From assembly GCA_043757695.1 (NCBI GenBank), contig JAYVOX010000061.1:1-35401 (forward strand): DNA of 35,401 nt. The letters are read 5' to 3'. Source of the DNA: Schlesneria sp. Lineage in GTDB: Bacteria; Planctomycetota; Planctomycetia; Planctomycetales; Planctomycetaceae. Below are positions 9,292 to 17,496 of the stretch, one piece after another. Both the position numbers and the translations under genes were made by a program. The notes beneath the pieces are model-generated. The model did no database searches. It was given only the letters and a program-made list of their open reading frames with translations, and was not told the DNA's origin. Position 1 is the stretch's first letter, and every line of letters starts with the position of its first letter.

Positions 9292-9858
9292 GTGAAGTCA
9301 CTTCTTGGCGTAAAGATGGGGATGACGCAGGTTTGTCTCTCTTCGGGTTCGATGGCGGCGGCTACTGTTGTTCGTGTTGGTGAGTGTGGTGTCTTGGCTG
9401 TTCGTGATGCGGCTCGCGATGGGTACGTTGCGGTTCAGTTGGGGTACTATGCCGCTGATGGGGCGCTTCGGTGTGTTCGCGAAGTTCGACCGGGCTTTGA
9501 GTGTGCTGTTGATCAGCGTGTTAAGGCGTCGTTGTTTAGTGGCGTTTCTAAGGTCGATGTTATCGGGGTTTCGAAGGGTCGTGGTTTTGCTGGCGTGATG
9601 AAGAGGCATAACTTTAGTGGGCTTTGTGCTAGTCATGGTGTGAAGAAGGTGCATCGATCGGGTGGCTCAACTGGTCAGAGTACGGACCCGGGTCGAGTGT
9701 TTAAGGGCGCTAAGATGCCCGGACGTTTTGGTGGTGTACGGGTGACTGTTAAGTCGCTGTCGTTGTTTGCTGCTGATGATACGCATGGCTTGCTTGTGGT
9801 GCTTGGTGCTGTGCCCGGATTTAATGGCGGTCACGTTGTTGTTCGTGAGTGCATTTAG
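9292..9858 (+). CDS. rplC: 50S ribosomal protein L3 (uL3), short and divergent
   Basis: LLGVKMGMTQV, DGYVAVQLG, VDVIGVSKGRGFAGVMKRHNF, PGRVFKGAKMPG, GAVPG; start set at GTG 9292. Confidence 0.95.
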   Translation: MKSLLGVKMGMTQVCLSSGSMAAATVVRVGECGVLAVRDAARDGYVAVQLGYYAADGALRCVREVRPGFECAVDQRVKASLFSGVSKVDVIGVSKGRGFAGVMKRHNFSGLCASHGVKKVHRSGGSTGQSTDPGRVFKGAKMPGRFGGVRVTVKSLSLFAADDTHGLLVVLGAVPGFNGGHVVVRECI

Positions 9859-9889
9859 CTTGTTGTCTTGATTTTCTGGGTGGTACGCG

Positions 9890-10540
9890 ATGGCTTCTCT
9901 TCAGATTCACAGTCAGTCGGGTGTGTCAACCGGCGCGACGCATGTCGTGGATGAAACCCGTATCGCCGTGGGTGTTAATTCAGTGTTGCTGCGTTCCGCG
10001 CTGGTGATGTACAGTGCTAACCGGCGCGTTGGAACGTCTAAAAGTAAGTCTCGTGCTGAGGTTTCTGGTAGCTCAAGAAAACTTTATAAGCAAAAAGGTA
10101 CTGGTAACGCGCGTGCCGGTAATAAGCGGACGCCTATTCGTCGTGGCGGCGGTCATTGTTTCGCGAAGAGGCCTGCTGACTGGCGAATTTCTATGCCTAG
10201 GAAGTCGCTACGGCGGGCTGCTGCGATGGCTGTTCTTCTTAAAATTAACGGCGGTCGTTTGGTTGTTTTGGATGAGCTTCATTATAATGTGCCGCGCACT
10301 CGTTCTGTTGCGGATATGTTGGATGCTCTTGGCGTTGGTTCTTCGTCCTGTTTGATAGTTGTTTCAAAGCATGATAGCATTGTTTGGAAGTCTTGCCGAA
10401 ATCTTCCTGCAGTCACCGTTGTTGTGGCAAGCGATTTAAATGCTGACGATGTTGTGCGTGCGTCGTTTATGGTCGCAACGAAGTCATCGCTACAGTTGTT
10501 GTGTGAACGATTCTCTAGCTGTGTTAAGGTTGGCGCGTGA
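9890..10540 (+). CDS. rplD: 50S ribosomal protein L4 (uL4)
   Basis: KSRAEVSGSSRKLYKQKGTGNARAG...RGGG. Confidence 0.96.
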   Translation: MASLQIHSQSGVSTGATHVVDETRIAVGVNSVLLRSALVMYSANRRVGTSKSKSRAEVSGSSRKLYKQKGTGNARAGNKRTPIRRGGGHCFAKRPADWRISMPRKSLRRAAAMAVLLKINGGRLVVLDELHYNVPRTRSVADMLDALGVGSSSCLIVVSKHDSIVWKSCRNLPAVTVVVASDLNADDVVRASFMVATKSSLQLLCERFSSCVKVGA

Positions 10541-10857
10541 GTATAAATAAAAATGTCGGCGGGCATTATAATGGTGATGAATCTGCTCATCATGTAATAT
10601 TGGGTTCTCGCGTTACTGAAAAGACGGCCTTTCTTTCTGAAAAGATGAATTGCGTCGTGTTTGAAGTGGCGATTAATTCAAATAAGGTTCAGATTCGACG
10701 TTCGGTCGAGTCAGCTTGGTCGGTGAGGGTGTTGTCTGTGCGTACGCAGACGCGGGTGGGCCGTTTGCGTAGGCGAGGTGCCAGCGTTGGGCGTACTCCG
10801 GATCGAAAGATTGCGATCGTCCAGCTTCATCACGATGATCGTTTGACTTTTTATTAG
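10537..10857 (+). CDS. rplW: 50S ribosomal protein L23 (uL23)
   Basis: VTEKT, VFEV...NKVQIRRSVE, KIAIVQL; operon position. Confidence 0.93.
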   Translation: MSINKNVGGHYNGDESAHHVILGSRVTEKTAFLSEKMNCVVFEVAINSNKVQIRRSVESAWSVRVLSVRTQTRVGRLRRRGASVGRTPDRKIAIVQLHHDDRLTFY

Positions 10858-10883
10858 TTTTGGTTTGTGTGAGGTAATTCGTT

Positions 10884-11741
10884 ATGGGTTTGCGAAAATA
10901 CAAGCCAACTAGCGCTGGTCGTAGAAATGCTTCGGTACCGGACTTTAGCGAGATTACGGATCGTAAGAAGCGGCCGGAGTCATCACTCGTTCGTCGTATA
11001 CGTAAAACCGGAGGCAGGAATGTTCAGGGTAAGATTACGTGCCGACACATGGGTGGTGGTGCGCGTCGTATGTATCGGATCATCGATTTTTCTCGGCCAA
11101 GTTCCGGTGGGTCTGCGGTCGTTACGCATGTCGAGTACGATCCGAATAGGACGTCTCGTATTGCGCTGATTCGGAATCAATCTGGCCTGTTGTCGTACAT
11201 ATTAGCACCTGATGGCATCCTCGCTGGGTCGGTTGTTGATAGCAGTGTTGAGGCTGAACCTAAGGTTGGTAACTGTTTGTCATTGTCGCAGATACCGATC
11301 GGATCAATGATTCACAATGTTGAAATGCAGCCTGGGCGAGGTGGTCAGCTGTGTAGAAGTGCTGGTGTTTACGCTGTGATGAATGCCACTGAGGGTGCTT
11401 GGGCTCAAGTCACTTTGCCATCGGGTGAAGTTCGCAGGCTGCCCAGTGCGTGCAGAGCTACAATTGGCGCTGTCGGTTTTTCGGAACACTCGGCGATTGT
11501 TTACGGCAAGGCGGGTCGGATCAGGTGGATGGGCGTTAGGCCTTACGTTCGCGGTTCAGCTATGAATCCTGTAGCACATCCAATGGGTGGTGGAGAGGGT
11601 CGTCGGTCCGGTGGCCGTCATCCCGTGAGCCCTACGGGTAAACTTTCTAAGGGTGGTAAGACAAGGAATCCACGCCGTCCAACAAGAAATTCGATTGTTA
11701 GGCGTCGGCGGTCAGTGCGTTATGGGCAATTGAAGCTTTAG
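10884..11741 (+). CDS. rplB: 50S ribosomal protein L2 (uL2)
   Basis: YKPTSAGRR, GGRNVQGKIT, EYDPNRTSRIAL, VRGSAMNPVAHPMGGGEG. Confidence 0.98.
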   Translation: MGLRKYKPTSAGRRNASVPDFSEITDRKKRPESSLVRRIRKTGGRNVQGKITCRHMGGGARRMYRIIDFSRPSSGGSAVVTHVEYDPNRTSRIALIRNQSGLLSYILAPDGILAGSVVDSSVEAEPKVGNCLSLSQIPIGSMIHNVEMQPGRGGQLCRSAGVYAVMNATEGAWAQVTLPSGEVRRLPSACRATIGAVGFSEHSAIVYGKAGRIRWMGVRPYVRGSAMNPVAHPMGGGEGRRSGGRHPVSPTGKLSKGGKTRNPRRPTRNSIVRRRRSVRYGQLKL

Positions 11742-11762
11742 TTTGTATTTGGAGATGTGTAA

Positions 11763-12032
11763 TTGGCTAGGTCTCTGAAAAAAGGTCCGTACGTTGACGC
11801 GACGCTTCTTCGGAAATTGTCGGTACTGCGTGAGGCTAAGCGTAAGGATTCTATAAAGACTTGGGCTCGTCGATCGACGATAGCTCCTGAGTTTATTGGC
11901 CATACTTTTTTGGTGCATAACGGGAAAGTTCATATTTCCGTGTATGTTTCTGAAGAGATGGTTGGGCATAAGTTAGGTGAGTTTTCGCCGACGCGGACGT
12001 TTCGTGGTCACGGCAACAAGGGTGGTAAGTGA
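11763..12032 (+). CDS. rpsS: 30S ribosomal protein S19 (uS19)
   Basis: [38 protein letters not shown]; TTG start. Confidence 0.98.
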   Translation: MARSLKKGPYVDATLLRKLSVLREAKRKDSIKTWARRSTIAPEFIGHTFLVHNGKVHISVYVSEEMVGHKLGEFSPTRTFRGHGNKGGK

Positions 12033-12049
12033 TTTCGGGGTCTTAAGTT

Positions 12050-12391
12050 ATGAGGGTGCTTTCTGTTCTAAAATTTGTGCGTATGTCTCCTACTAAGATC
12101 AGGCGGATTGCCGATGTGGTAAGGGGCAGGACGGTTTCGGATAGTTTTTCAATATTGCGATGTCTTCCACACCGTGGCGCGAGGCTGCTTGAAGATGTTA
12201 TTCGGAGTGCTAGGGCAAACGCCGATGAGCAAGGCGTGAGGTCTTCGGGTGAGTTGACCATCGTTGTCGCGAATGTTGACTCAGGTCCAACTTTGAAGAG
12301 AATGCAGCCTCATGCACGTGGAATCGGGTTTGAGATTAGAAAGCGTATGTCGCACATTACGATTGCGCTTGAGTCTGCCGGTTCGGACTAG
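12050..12391 (+). CDS. rplV: 50S ribosomal protein L22 (uL22)
   Basis: RMSPTKIRRIADVVRG, SARANA, VDSGPTLKR, SHITI. Confidence 0.96.
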   Translation: MRVLSVLKFVRMSPTKIRRIADVVRGRTVSDSFSILRCLPHRGARLLEDVIRSARANADEQGVRSSGELTIVVANVDSGPTLKRMQPHARGIGFEIRKRMSHITIALESAGSD

Positions 12392-12438
12392 ACGCTGGAT
12401 TTGCGATTTGTGTACGTCGAAATTTTTGAGGCGAAATA

Positions 12439-13140
12439 ATGGGTCAAAAAGTTCATCCTACAGGATTTAGAGTCGGAATCACGGAAGACTGGCGCAGCCG
12501 GTGGTTTGCGCCGCGGTCTGAGTTTCGCTCGCTCCTGTTGGAGGATTTTCGTATACGTACATTTCTTAAGAAACGATTTGAGTTTGCATCGATATCGCAT
12601 GTTGGCATAGAGCGAACTAGGGATCAGGTTGTTGTTTCCCTTAATACCTGTAGGCCTGGCATTATAATTGGTCGTAAGGGTCAAGAAGTGGAAAGGCTCA
12701 AGGTTGAGTTGGAGGATCTTACGGGCCGTAGGACCGATATAAAGGTTGTCGAACTATCCGAGCCATTGCATTCTGCGGTCTTGGCTGCTGAGGACATCGC
12801 TCAGCAATTGGTACGACGCGGCAGTTTTCGCAGAGTTATTAAGCGTTGTTTGGACCAAGTGATGGATTCTGGTGTCGATGGCGTGAAGGTTGAGCTGTCG
12901 GGGAGGCTCGGTGGTGCTGAGATGTCTCGTACTGAGAAGGCTAGTCAGGGGTCTATTCCGCTGTCTACGCTTCGACGGGATATCGATTATGGTTTTGCGA
13001 TGGCTAAGACGACAATGGGTGTCATTGGCGTGAAGGTTTGGATTAATCGCGGAGAGTTTTCTAGTTTGGAGATTAACAATGGCCCTGATGCCCAGGCGAG
13101 TCAAGCACCGAAAAGAACAAAGAGGACGAGTAAAAGGTAA
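12439..13140 (+). CDS. rpsC: 30S ribosomal protein S3 (uS3)
   Basis: MGQKVHPTGFRVGI, RPGIIIGRKG, SGRLGGAEMSRTE, GVKVWI. Confidence 0.98.
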   Translation: MGQKVHPTGFRVGITEDWRSRWFAPRSEFRSLLLEDFRIRTFLKKRFEFASISHVGIERTRDQVVVSLNTCRPGIIIGRKGQEVERLKVELEDLTGRRTDIKVVELSEPLHSAVLAAEDIAQQLVRRGSFRRVIKRCLDQVMDSGVDGVKVELSGRLGGAEMSRTEKASQGSIPLSTLRRDIDYGFAMAKTTMGVIGVKVWINRGEFSSLEINNGPDAQASQAPKRTKRTSKR

Positions 13141-13495
13141 TGCCAGCAGGGGAGCGACAGTTGTTTTTGGTGACTGGGGACTTCAGGCTCTGGGTGCTGG
13201 AAGGGTCAGAGGGAATACGATTGAAGCGTGCAGGGTTGCTGCTACTCAGTATGTTCGTGGCGAAGGGAAGCTTTATATTCGGATTTTCCCGAATAAGCCG
13301 ATGACGGCGCGACCGTTAGAGACAAGGATGGGTGCCGGAAAGGGTGAGCCAGATTATTGGGTTGCAGTAATTCGACCCGGTACAGTTTTGTTTGAGCTGT
13401 CTGGTGTCACCGAAGATGCTGCGCGGGACTGTTTTGGCCGAGTAGCGTATAAGCTGCCAGTGCGGGTGAGGCTTGTTTCGAGGAGAGATGCGTGA
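13079..13495 (+). CDS. rplP: 50S ribosomal protein L16 (uL16)
   Basis: LMPRRVKHRKEQRGR, IRIFPNKP, ETRMGAGKG, YKLP. Confidence 0.98.
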   Translation: MALMPRRVKHRKEQRGRVKGNASRGATVVFGDWGLQALGAGRVRGNTIEACRVAATQYVRGEGKLYIRIFPNKPMTARPLETRMGAGKGEPDYWVAVIRPGTVLFELSGVTEDAARDCFGRVAYKLPVRVRLVSRRDA

Positions 13496-13671
13496 TGGTA
13501 GATAGATTGAGTGCTGTTCCAGTCGCCAAGGACAGCGTTAAGGCTGAGTTGGTTTCTCTCAGGCTGCAGTTGCTAGAGATCAGGACTTCTGCATCGCATT
13601 CGTCACAGTCGCGAGCCGATCTGCGTAGGCGAGTTGCAAGGCTGTTGACTGGAAATGTTTTTTCAGGATAG
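13495..13671 (+). CDS. rpmC: 50S ribosomal protein L29 (uL29), extremely divergent, 58 aa
   Basis: Hand translation MVDRLSAVPVAKDSVKAELVSLRLQLLEIRTSASHSSQSRADLRRRVARLLTGNVFSG. It occupies the slot between rplP and rpsQ, is TGATG-coupled, and LRRRVARLLT matches the R.IAR..T motif. Confidence 0.8.
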   Translation: MVDRLSAVPVAKDSVKAELVSLRLQLLEIRTSASHSSQSRADLRRRVARLLTGNVFSG

Positions 13672-13699
13672 ATCTGTCAGTGTTTTTTCTGGAGTGGAC

Positions 13700-13936
13700 A
13701 TGAAGCGCCGACATAGGGGCATGGTGATTGCTGATAGCTGCAAGTACACTGTGAGGGTTGATGTTGAGAGGGTTTTCCGACACGCTCAGTATGGGAAGAC
13801 GTTGCGTCGCACGGTAGTGTGTTATGCGCATGATTGTTCGTTTGGAAGTAAGATCGGTGATTTTGTCGAGATAGTAGAATGTAGGCCGATGTCGCGCACT
13901 AAGCGGTGGTCGGTTGTTTCTGTTATAGGTAACTGA
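13700..13936 (+). CDS. rpsQ: 30S ribosomal protein S17 (uS17)
   Basis: HAQYGK, AHD, GDFVEIVECRPMSRTKRW; GGAG RBS before ATG 13700. Confidence 0.95.
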   Translation: MKRRHRGMVIADSCKYTVRVDVERVFRHAQYGKTLRRTVVCYAHDCSFGSKIGDFVEIVECRPMSRTKRWSVVSVIGN

Positions 13937-14020
13937 GATTGCGTGAGATGTGTGGATTTCGCTCTGGGAAATTTATTTTGCATAATTGTGTGCTTTTAGC
14001 TTTTTTCCCGTGGGATTTTT

Positions 14021-14389
14021 ATGTTACAAATGCAAAGCGTTGTTGACATTGCTGACAATTCAGGTGCTAAAACAGCTAGGTGTATCAAGGTACTCGGAGG
14101 TACTTCGAGGAGATATGCTCGTGTTGGTGACATCGTAGTTGTGTCCGTACAGCGGTCGTTGCCTGCCGCTGCGGTTAAGCGTAAGGCGGTTGTACGCGGC
14201 GTGGTTGTGCGTACCCGTCAGCCTATGCGACGTTCGGATGGAAGTCATGTGAGATTCGATAGTAACGCGATTGTCCTGATCGATGCGGATTTTACCCCGA
14301 AGGGTACACGTATTTTTGGCGCTGTTCCTCGTGAGTTGCGTCAGAAACGGTTTATGAAGATCATTAGTCTGGCTACCGAAGTTGTTTGA
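14021..14389 (+). CDS. rplN: 50S ribosomal protein L14 (uL14)
   Basis: [34 protein letters not shown]. Confidence 0.98.
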   Translation: MLQMQSVVDIADNSGAKTARCIKVLGGTSRRYARVGDIVVVSVQRSLPAAAVKRKAVVRGVVVRTRQPMRRSDGSHVRFDSNAIVLIDADFTPKGTRIFGAVPRELRQKRFMKIISLATEVV

Positions 14390-14420
14390 TACTTTTATAT
14401 ATTGGTGCGTTATGGCGATC

Positions 14421-14963
14421 ATGGCTGGTGTTCTGGAGAAGTATCGTACCGAGATATCAGGTGTTATGTCTGAGTTAGGCGTTGTTAATGCGCATTCTGC
14501 CCCGAGGATAATGAAGGTTGTGATAAGCATGGGGTTGGGCGCATGCTTAGGTGACAGAAAGAAGATCGATGAGGCTGTGTCGCAGCTATCGCGTATTGCA
14601 GGTCAGAAGGCTGTTGTCACTCGTGCTAAGAACTCTGTGAGTGGTTTTCGGTTACGTGAAGGCACTGATGTTGGCTGCTGTGTTACGCTTCGTCGGGGGC
14701 GCATGTATGCGTTTCTGACTCGCATGATTTTTTTAGTGTTACCGCGTGTGCGGGATTTCCGTGGGTTGCGTTCGACGGCGTTTGATGGCCGCGGTAACTA
14801 TAGCTTCGGAGTTACAGAGCAATCGGTATTTCCTGAGATTGATCCAGAGACAGTGACGTTCGCTCAGGGGATGAATGTTACCGTTGTTACATCGTCGGGT
14901 AATGACGATGCTGCTAGGTTGTTGCTCTCGCGGCTTGGCTTTCCGTTTGAGCGACCAGAGTGA
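14421..14963 (+). CDS. rplE: 50S ribosomal protein L5 (uL5)
   Basis: KVVISMGLG, IAGQKAVVTRAKNSVSGFRLREG, LPRVRDFRG, FDGRGNY; start at 14421 or 14412. Confidence 0.97.
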   Translation: MAGVLEKYRTEISGVMSELGVVNAHSAPRIMKVVISMGLGACLGDRKKIDEAVSQLSRIAGQKAVVTRAKNSVSGFRLREGTDVGCCVTLRRGRMYAFLTRMIFLVLPRVRDFRGLRSTAFDGRGNYSFGVTEQSVFPEIDPETVTFAQGMNVTVVTSSGNDDAARLLLSRLGFPFERPE

Positions 14964-14996
14964 TACATTTTTTCAACTGGGCTGCGTGGGAAAAAT

Positions 14997-15182
14997 ATGG
15001 CTACTAAGGCACATGTTATTAAGGCTGGTCGAACTCCGAAGTTTAGTTCGCGCGTGGAGCATCGGTGTCAGATGTGTGGACGATCGCGCGCTGTCTATCG
15101 GCGATTTGGTGCTTGTCGAATTTGTTTTCGTGAACTAAGTCTATCGGGCTTAATTCCTGGTGTTCGTAAGGCGAGTTGGTAG
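14997..15182 (+). CDS. rpsN: 30S ribosomal protein S14, type Z (zinc-binding)
   Basis: 61 aa, [24 protein letters not shown]...GVRKASW. Confidence 0.97.
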   Translation: MATKAHVIKAGRTPKFSSRVEHRCQMCGRSRAVYRRFGACRICFRELSLSGLIPGVRKASW

Positions 15183-15201
15183 TTCGTGCTATGGAGTTGT
15201 A

Positions 15202-15594
15202 ATGAGCGATCCTGTTGCTGATACGTTGACAACTATTAGAAATTCTGCGCGTATGTCGGCTCCTTTTGCAGAGTTTGCGTCTGCGAAGATGAGGATTTCT
15301 ATAGTCGCTGCATTGAAACGGTCTGGATTTATTTGGGATTTTGATATTATAGATCGCGATGGGTTTCCGCGGATTCGGGTGGCGTTGAAGTACGATGAGG
15401 CAGGAGTGAGCGCTATTAGCAGGATAGTGTCAGTCAGCAAACCCGGAAGTCGTGTGTATCGCGGCTTGAAACAGTTTCAAATTGTGGTGCAAGGACTGGG
15501 TGTTTCGTTGCTGTCCACGAGTAAGGGCGTTTTGACTGATAAGGAGGCCCGTGCCATGTGTGTTGGCGGCGAGGTCATTTGTAACGTATTCTGA
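15202..15594 (+). CDS. rpsH: 30S ribosomal protein S8 (uS8)
   Basis: MSDPVADTLTTIRN, SKPGSRVY, GLGVSLLSTSKGV, GGEVIC. Confidence 0.96.
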   Translation: MSDPVADTLTTIRNSARMSAPFAEFASAKMRISIVAALKRSGFIWDFDIIDRDGFPRIRVALKYDEAGVSAISRIVSVSKPGSRVYRGLKQFQIVVQGLGVSLLSTSKGVLTDKEARAMCVGGEVICNVF

Positions 15595-15615
15595 ACTACA
15601 GTATTGGTTTAAACA

Positions 15616-16161
15616 ATGTCGCGAGTTGGTAGTGCGCCAATTATTATCCCAGCGGGTGTAAATGTCAGTGTAGATGGTTGCACAGTTTACGCCTCCGCAA
15701 GTAACGTTCGGCTCATCTGTCCCATGCCGATGCGGTTCGGTATCGTTTTTTCGGTGGACGGAAAGTCGGTAACTGTATCTCGCGGAGCTGATGATGCTGC
15801 GTCGAGGGCACAGCATGGCTTGATCAGATCGTTGTTGTTTAACAACGTGCGGGGCTTGATAGCTCCATGGGAGAAACGTCTGGAGATAATTGGTGTTGGA
15901 TATCAGGCCAGCCTTGCTGGTCGTGTTCTTTCGTTGAGTGTTGGTTATGCTGATGTTGTTACAATAAATATTCCCGAGGGAGTGCTGTGTAGTGTGCCGG
16001 ACACGACACATGTGAATCTGTCAGGTCCGGACAAGCAGTTGGTTGGTCAATTGGCGGCAGATATCCGTTCGGTGCGCCCGCCTGAGCCATATAAAGGTAA
16101 AGGCATTCGGTATTTCAACGAGTACGTTAAGAGGAAGTCTGGGAAGGCATTCGGTAGCTAA
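15616..16161 (+). CDS. rplF: 50S ribosomal protein L6 (uL6)
   Basis: MSRVG, LEIIGVGY, DKQLVGQLAADIR..RPPEPYKGKGIRY. Confidence 0.97.
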   Translation: MSRVGSAPIIIPAGVNVSVDGCTVYASASNVRLICPMPMRFGIVFSVDGKSVTVSRGADDAASRAQHGLIRSLLFNNVRGLIAPWEKRLEIIGVGYQASLAGRVLSLSVGYADVVTINIPEGVLCSVPDTTHVNLSGPDKQLVGQLAADIRSVRPPEPYKGKGIRYFNEYVKRKSGKAFGS

Positions 16162-16171
16162 GGGGATTGCA

Positions 16172-16531
16172 ATGAAAAGTCAAAAATTGATAGCGAATAG
16201 ACGGGTTAGACGAGCTCATCGCGCTAGGGCTAAGCTGAACCCTTGTCGCATGCGGTTGTCGTTGCACGTGTCTTCTAAGCATATTTACGCGCAGCTTATT
16301 GATGACACAATGTCCTTAACTTTGGCTGCTGCTAGCACATGCGAGAAATTGCTGAAGGATCGCAATGTTAGGCCTAATCTTGAAGGTGCCAAGCTCGTTG
16401 CCGAGTTGATTGCTGAGCGTGTCCTTGCCGCTGGCATTCGTACCGTGTCGCTCGACCGTGGCTCTCGCCGGTATCATGGACGTGTTGCCGCTTTTGCTGA
16501 CGCAGCTCGCTCTGCCGGTTTGGTGTTTTGA
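16172..16531 (+). CDS. rplR: 50S ribosomal protein L18 (uL18)
   Basis: RLS...SSKHIYAQLIDD, TLAAAST, DRG..YHGRVAAFADAAR.AGL.F. Confidence 0.96.
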   Translation: MKSQKLIANRRVRRAHRARAKLNPCRMRLSLHVSSKHIYAQLIDDTMSLTLAAASTCEKLLKDRNVRPNLEGAKLVAELIAERVLAAGIRTVSLDRGSRRYHGRVAAFADAARSAGLVF

Positions 16532-16569
16532 TTTATGTCATTCACTTGGATTTTCAGTAAGGAATTGGT

Positions 16570-17040
16570 ATGTTAGCTACCGGGACTCTCCAAGAGCGGG
16601 TTGTTCAGATCAGGCGATGTGCTTGCGTTGTTAAGGGTGGCCGCAGGTTTAGTTTCACTGCGTTGGTCGTGGTGGGAGACAGTGCAGGTAATGCCGGATA
16701 CGGTTACGGGAAGGGTAGCGAGGTTCCAATCGCAGTGGAGAAAGCTGTTAAGGACGGATCTAGAAGGCTAATTTCGGTCCCTGTGGTGTCTGGCACTATT
16801 CCGCATTCGGTATTGGGCAAATTTGGTTCATCGACCGTCTTTCTTATGCCTGCGAATGCAGGGACTGGTGTGATCGCGGGCGCATGCGTGAGGGCTGTTG
16901 CCGAGGGGCTTGGCATTCGCGATTTGCTGACTAAATGCCGTGGATCTAGTAATCCTCTGAACGTCGTCAAGGCGGCTTTCGTTGCACTGAAGAGTTTGCG
17001 ATCCCGTTCTGAGATTGTCGCGTTGCGTGGAAGGCGGTAA
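16570..17040 (+). CDS. rpsE: 30S ribosomal protein S5 (uS5)
   Basis: [36 protein letters not shown]. Confidence 0.98.
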   Translation: MLATGTLQERVVQIRRCACVVKGGRRFSFTALVVVGDSAGNAGYGYGKGSEVPIAVEKAVKDGSRRLISVPVVSGTIPHSVLGKFGSSTVFLMPANAGTGVIAGACVRAVAEGLGIRDLLTKCRGSSNPLNVVKAAFVALKSLRSRSEIVALRGRR

Positions 17041-17042
17041 TT

Positions 17043-17477
17043 ATGCGGTTGCATGAATTGATGGCAGCAGGGCCTTGCAAGGTTAAGAGGAAGCGTGTTG
17101 GTCGAGGAATTGGCTCGGGCCATGGAAAAACTAGCGGTAGGGGTCATAAGGGGGCCGGTTCGAGGTCTGGAAATTCTCGTCGCGTTGCTTTTGAAGGTGG
17201 CCAAACCCCTATTTTTCGGCGCGTTGCGAAGCGGGGTCAAGGCTCTCGGTCTCCATTGTTGTCGGTTGTGAATTTCGCTGACTTAGTGTTATGTGTACGG
17301 CCTGGGGCGGTTGTAGATCGTGCTTTGCTGGTGCAGATGTCTTTGGCTACTAGGACTGGGGGAGTTAAGATTGTCGCTGGCGGCGGAGTTATTGCGCCTT
17401 TGATGAGGGTGGTTGATTGTGAAGTTAGTAAGAGCGTACTCTCTTCGATAGTTGCTGCGGGCGGCTCGGTCAATTGA
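17043..17477 (+). CDS. rplO: 50S ribosomal protein L15 (uL15)
   Basis: [33 protein letters not shown]; divergent C-terminal half. Confidence 0.96.
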   Translation: MRLHELMAAGPCKVKRKRVGRGIGSGHGKTSGRGHKGAGSRSGNSRRVAFEGGQTPIFRRVAKRGQGSRSPLLSVVNFADLVLCVRPGAVVDRALLVQMSLATRTGGVKIVAGGGVIAPLMRVVDCEVSKSVLSSIVAAGGSVN

Positions 17478-17496
17478 GAGTTTTTAATTTTAAGCG

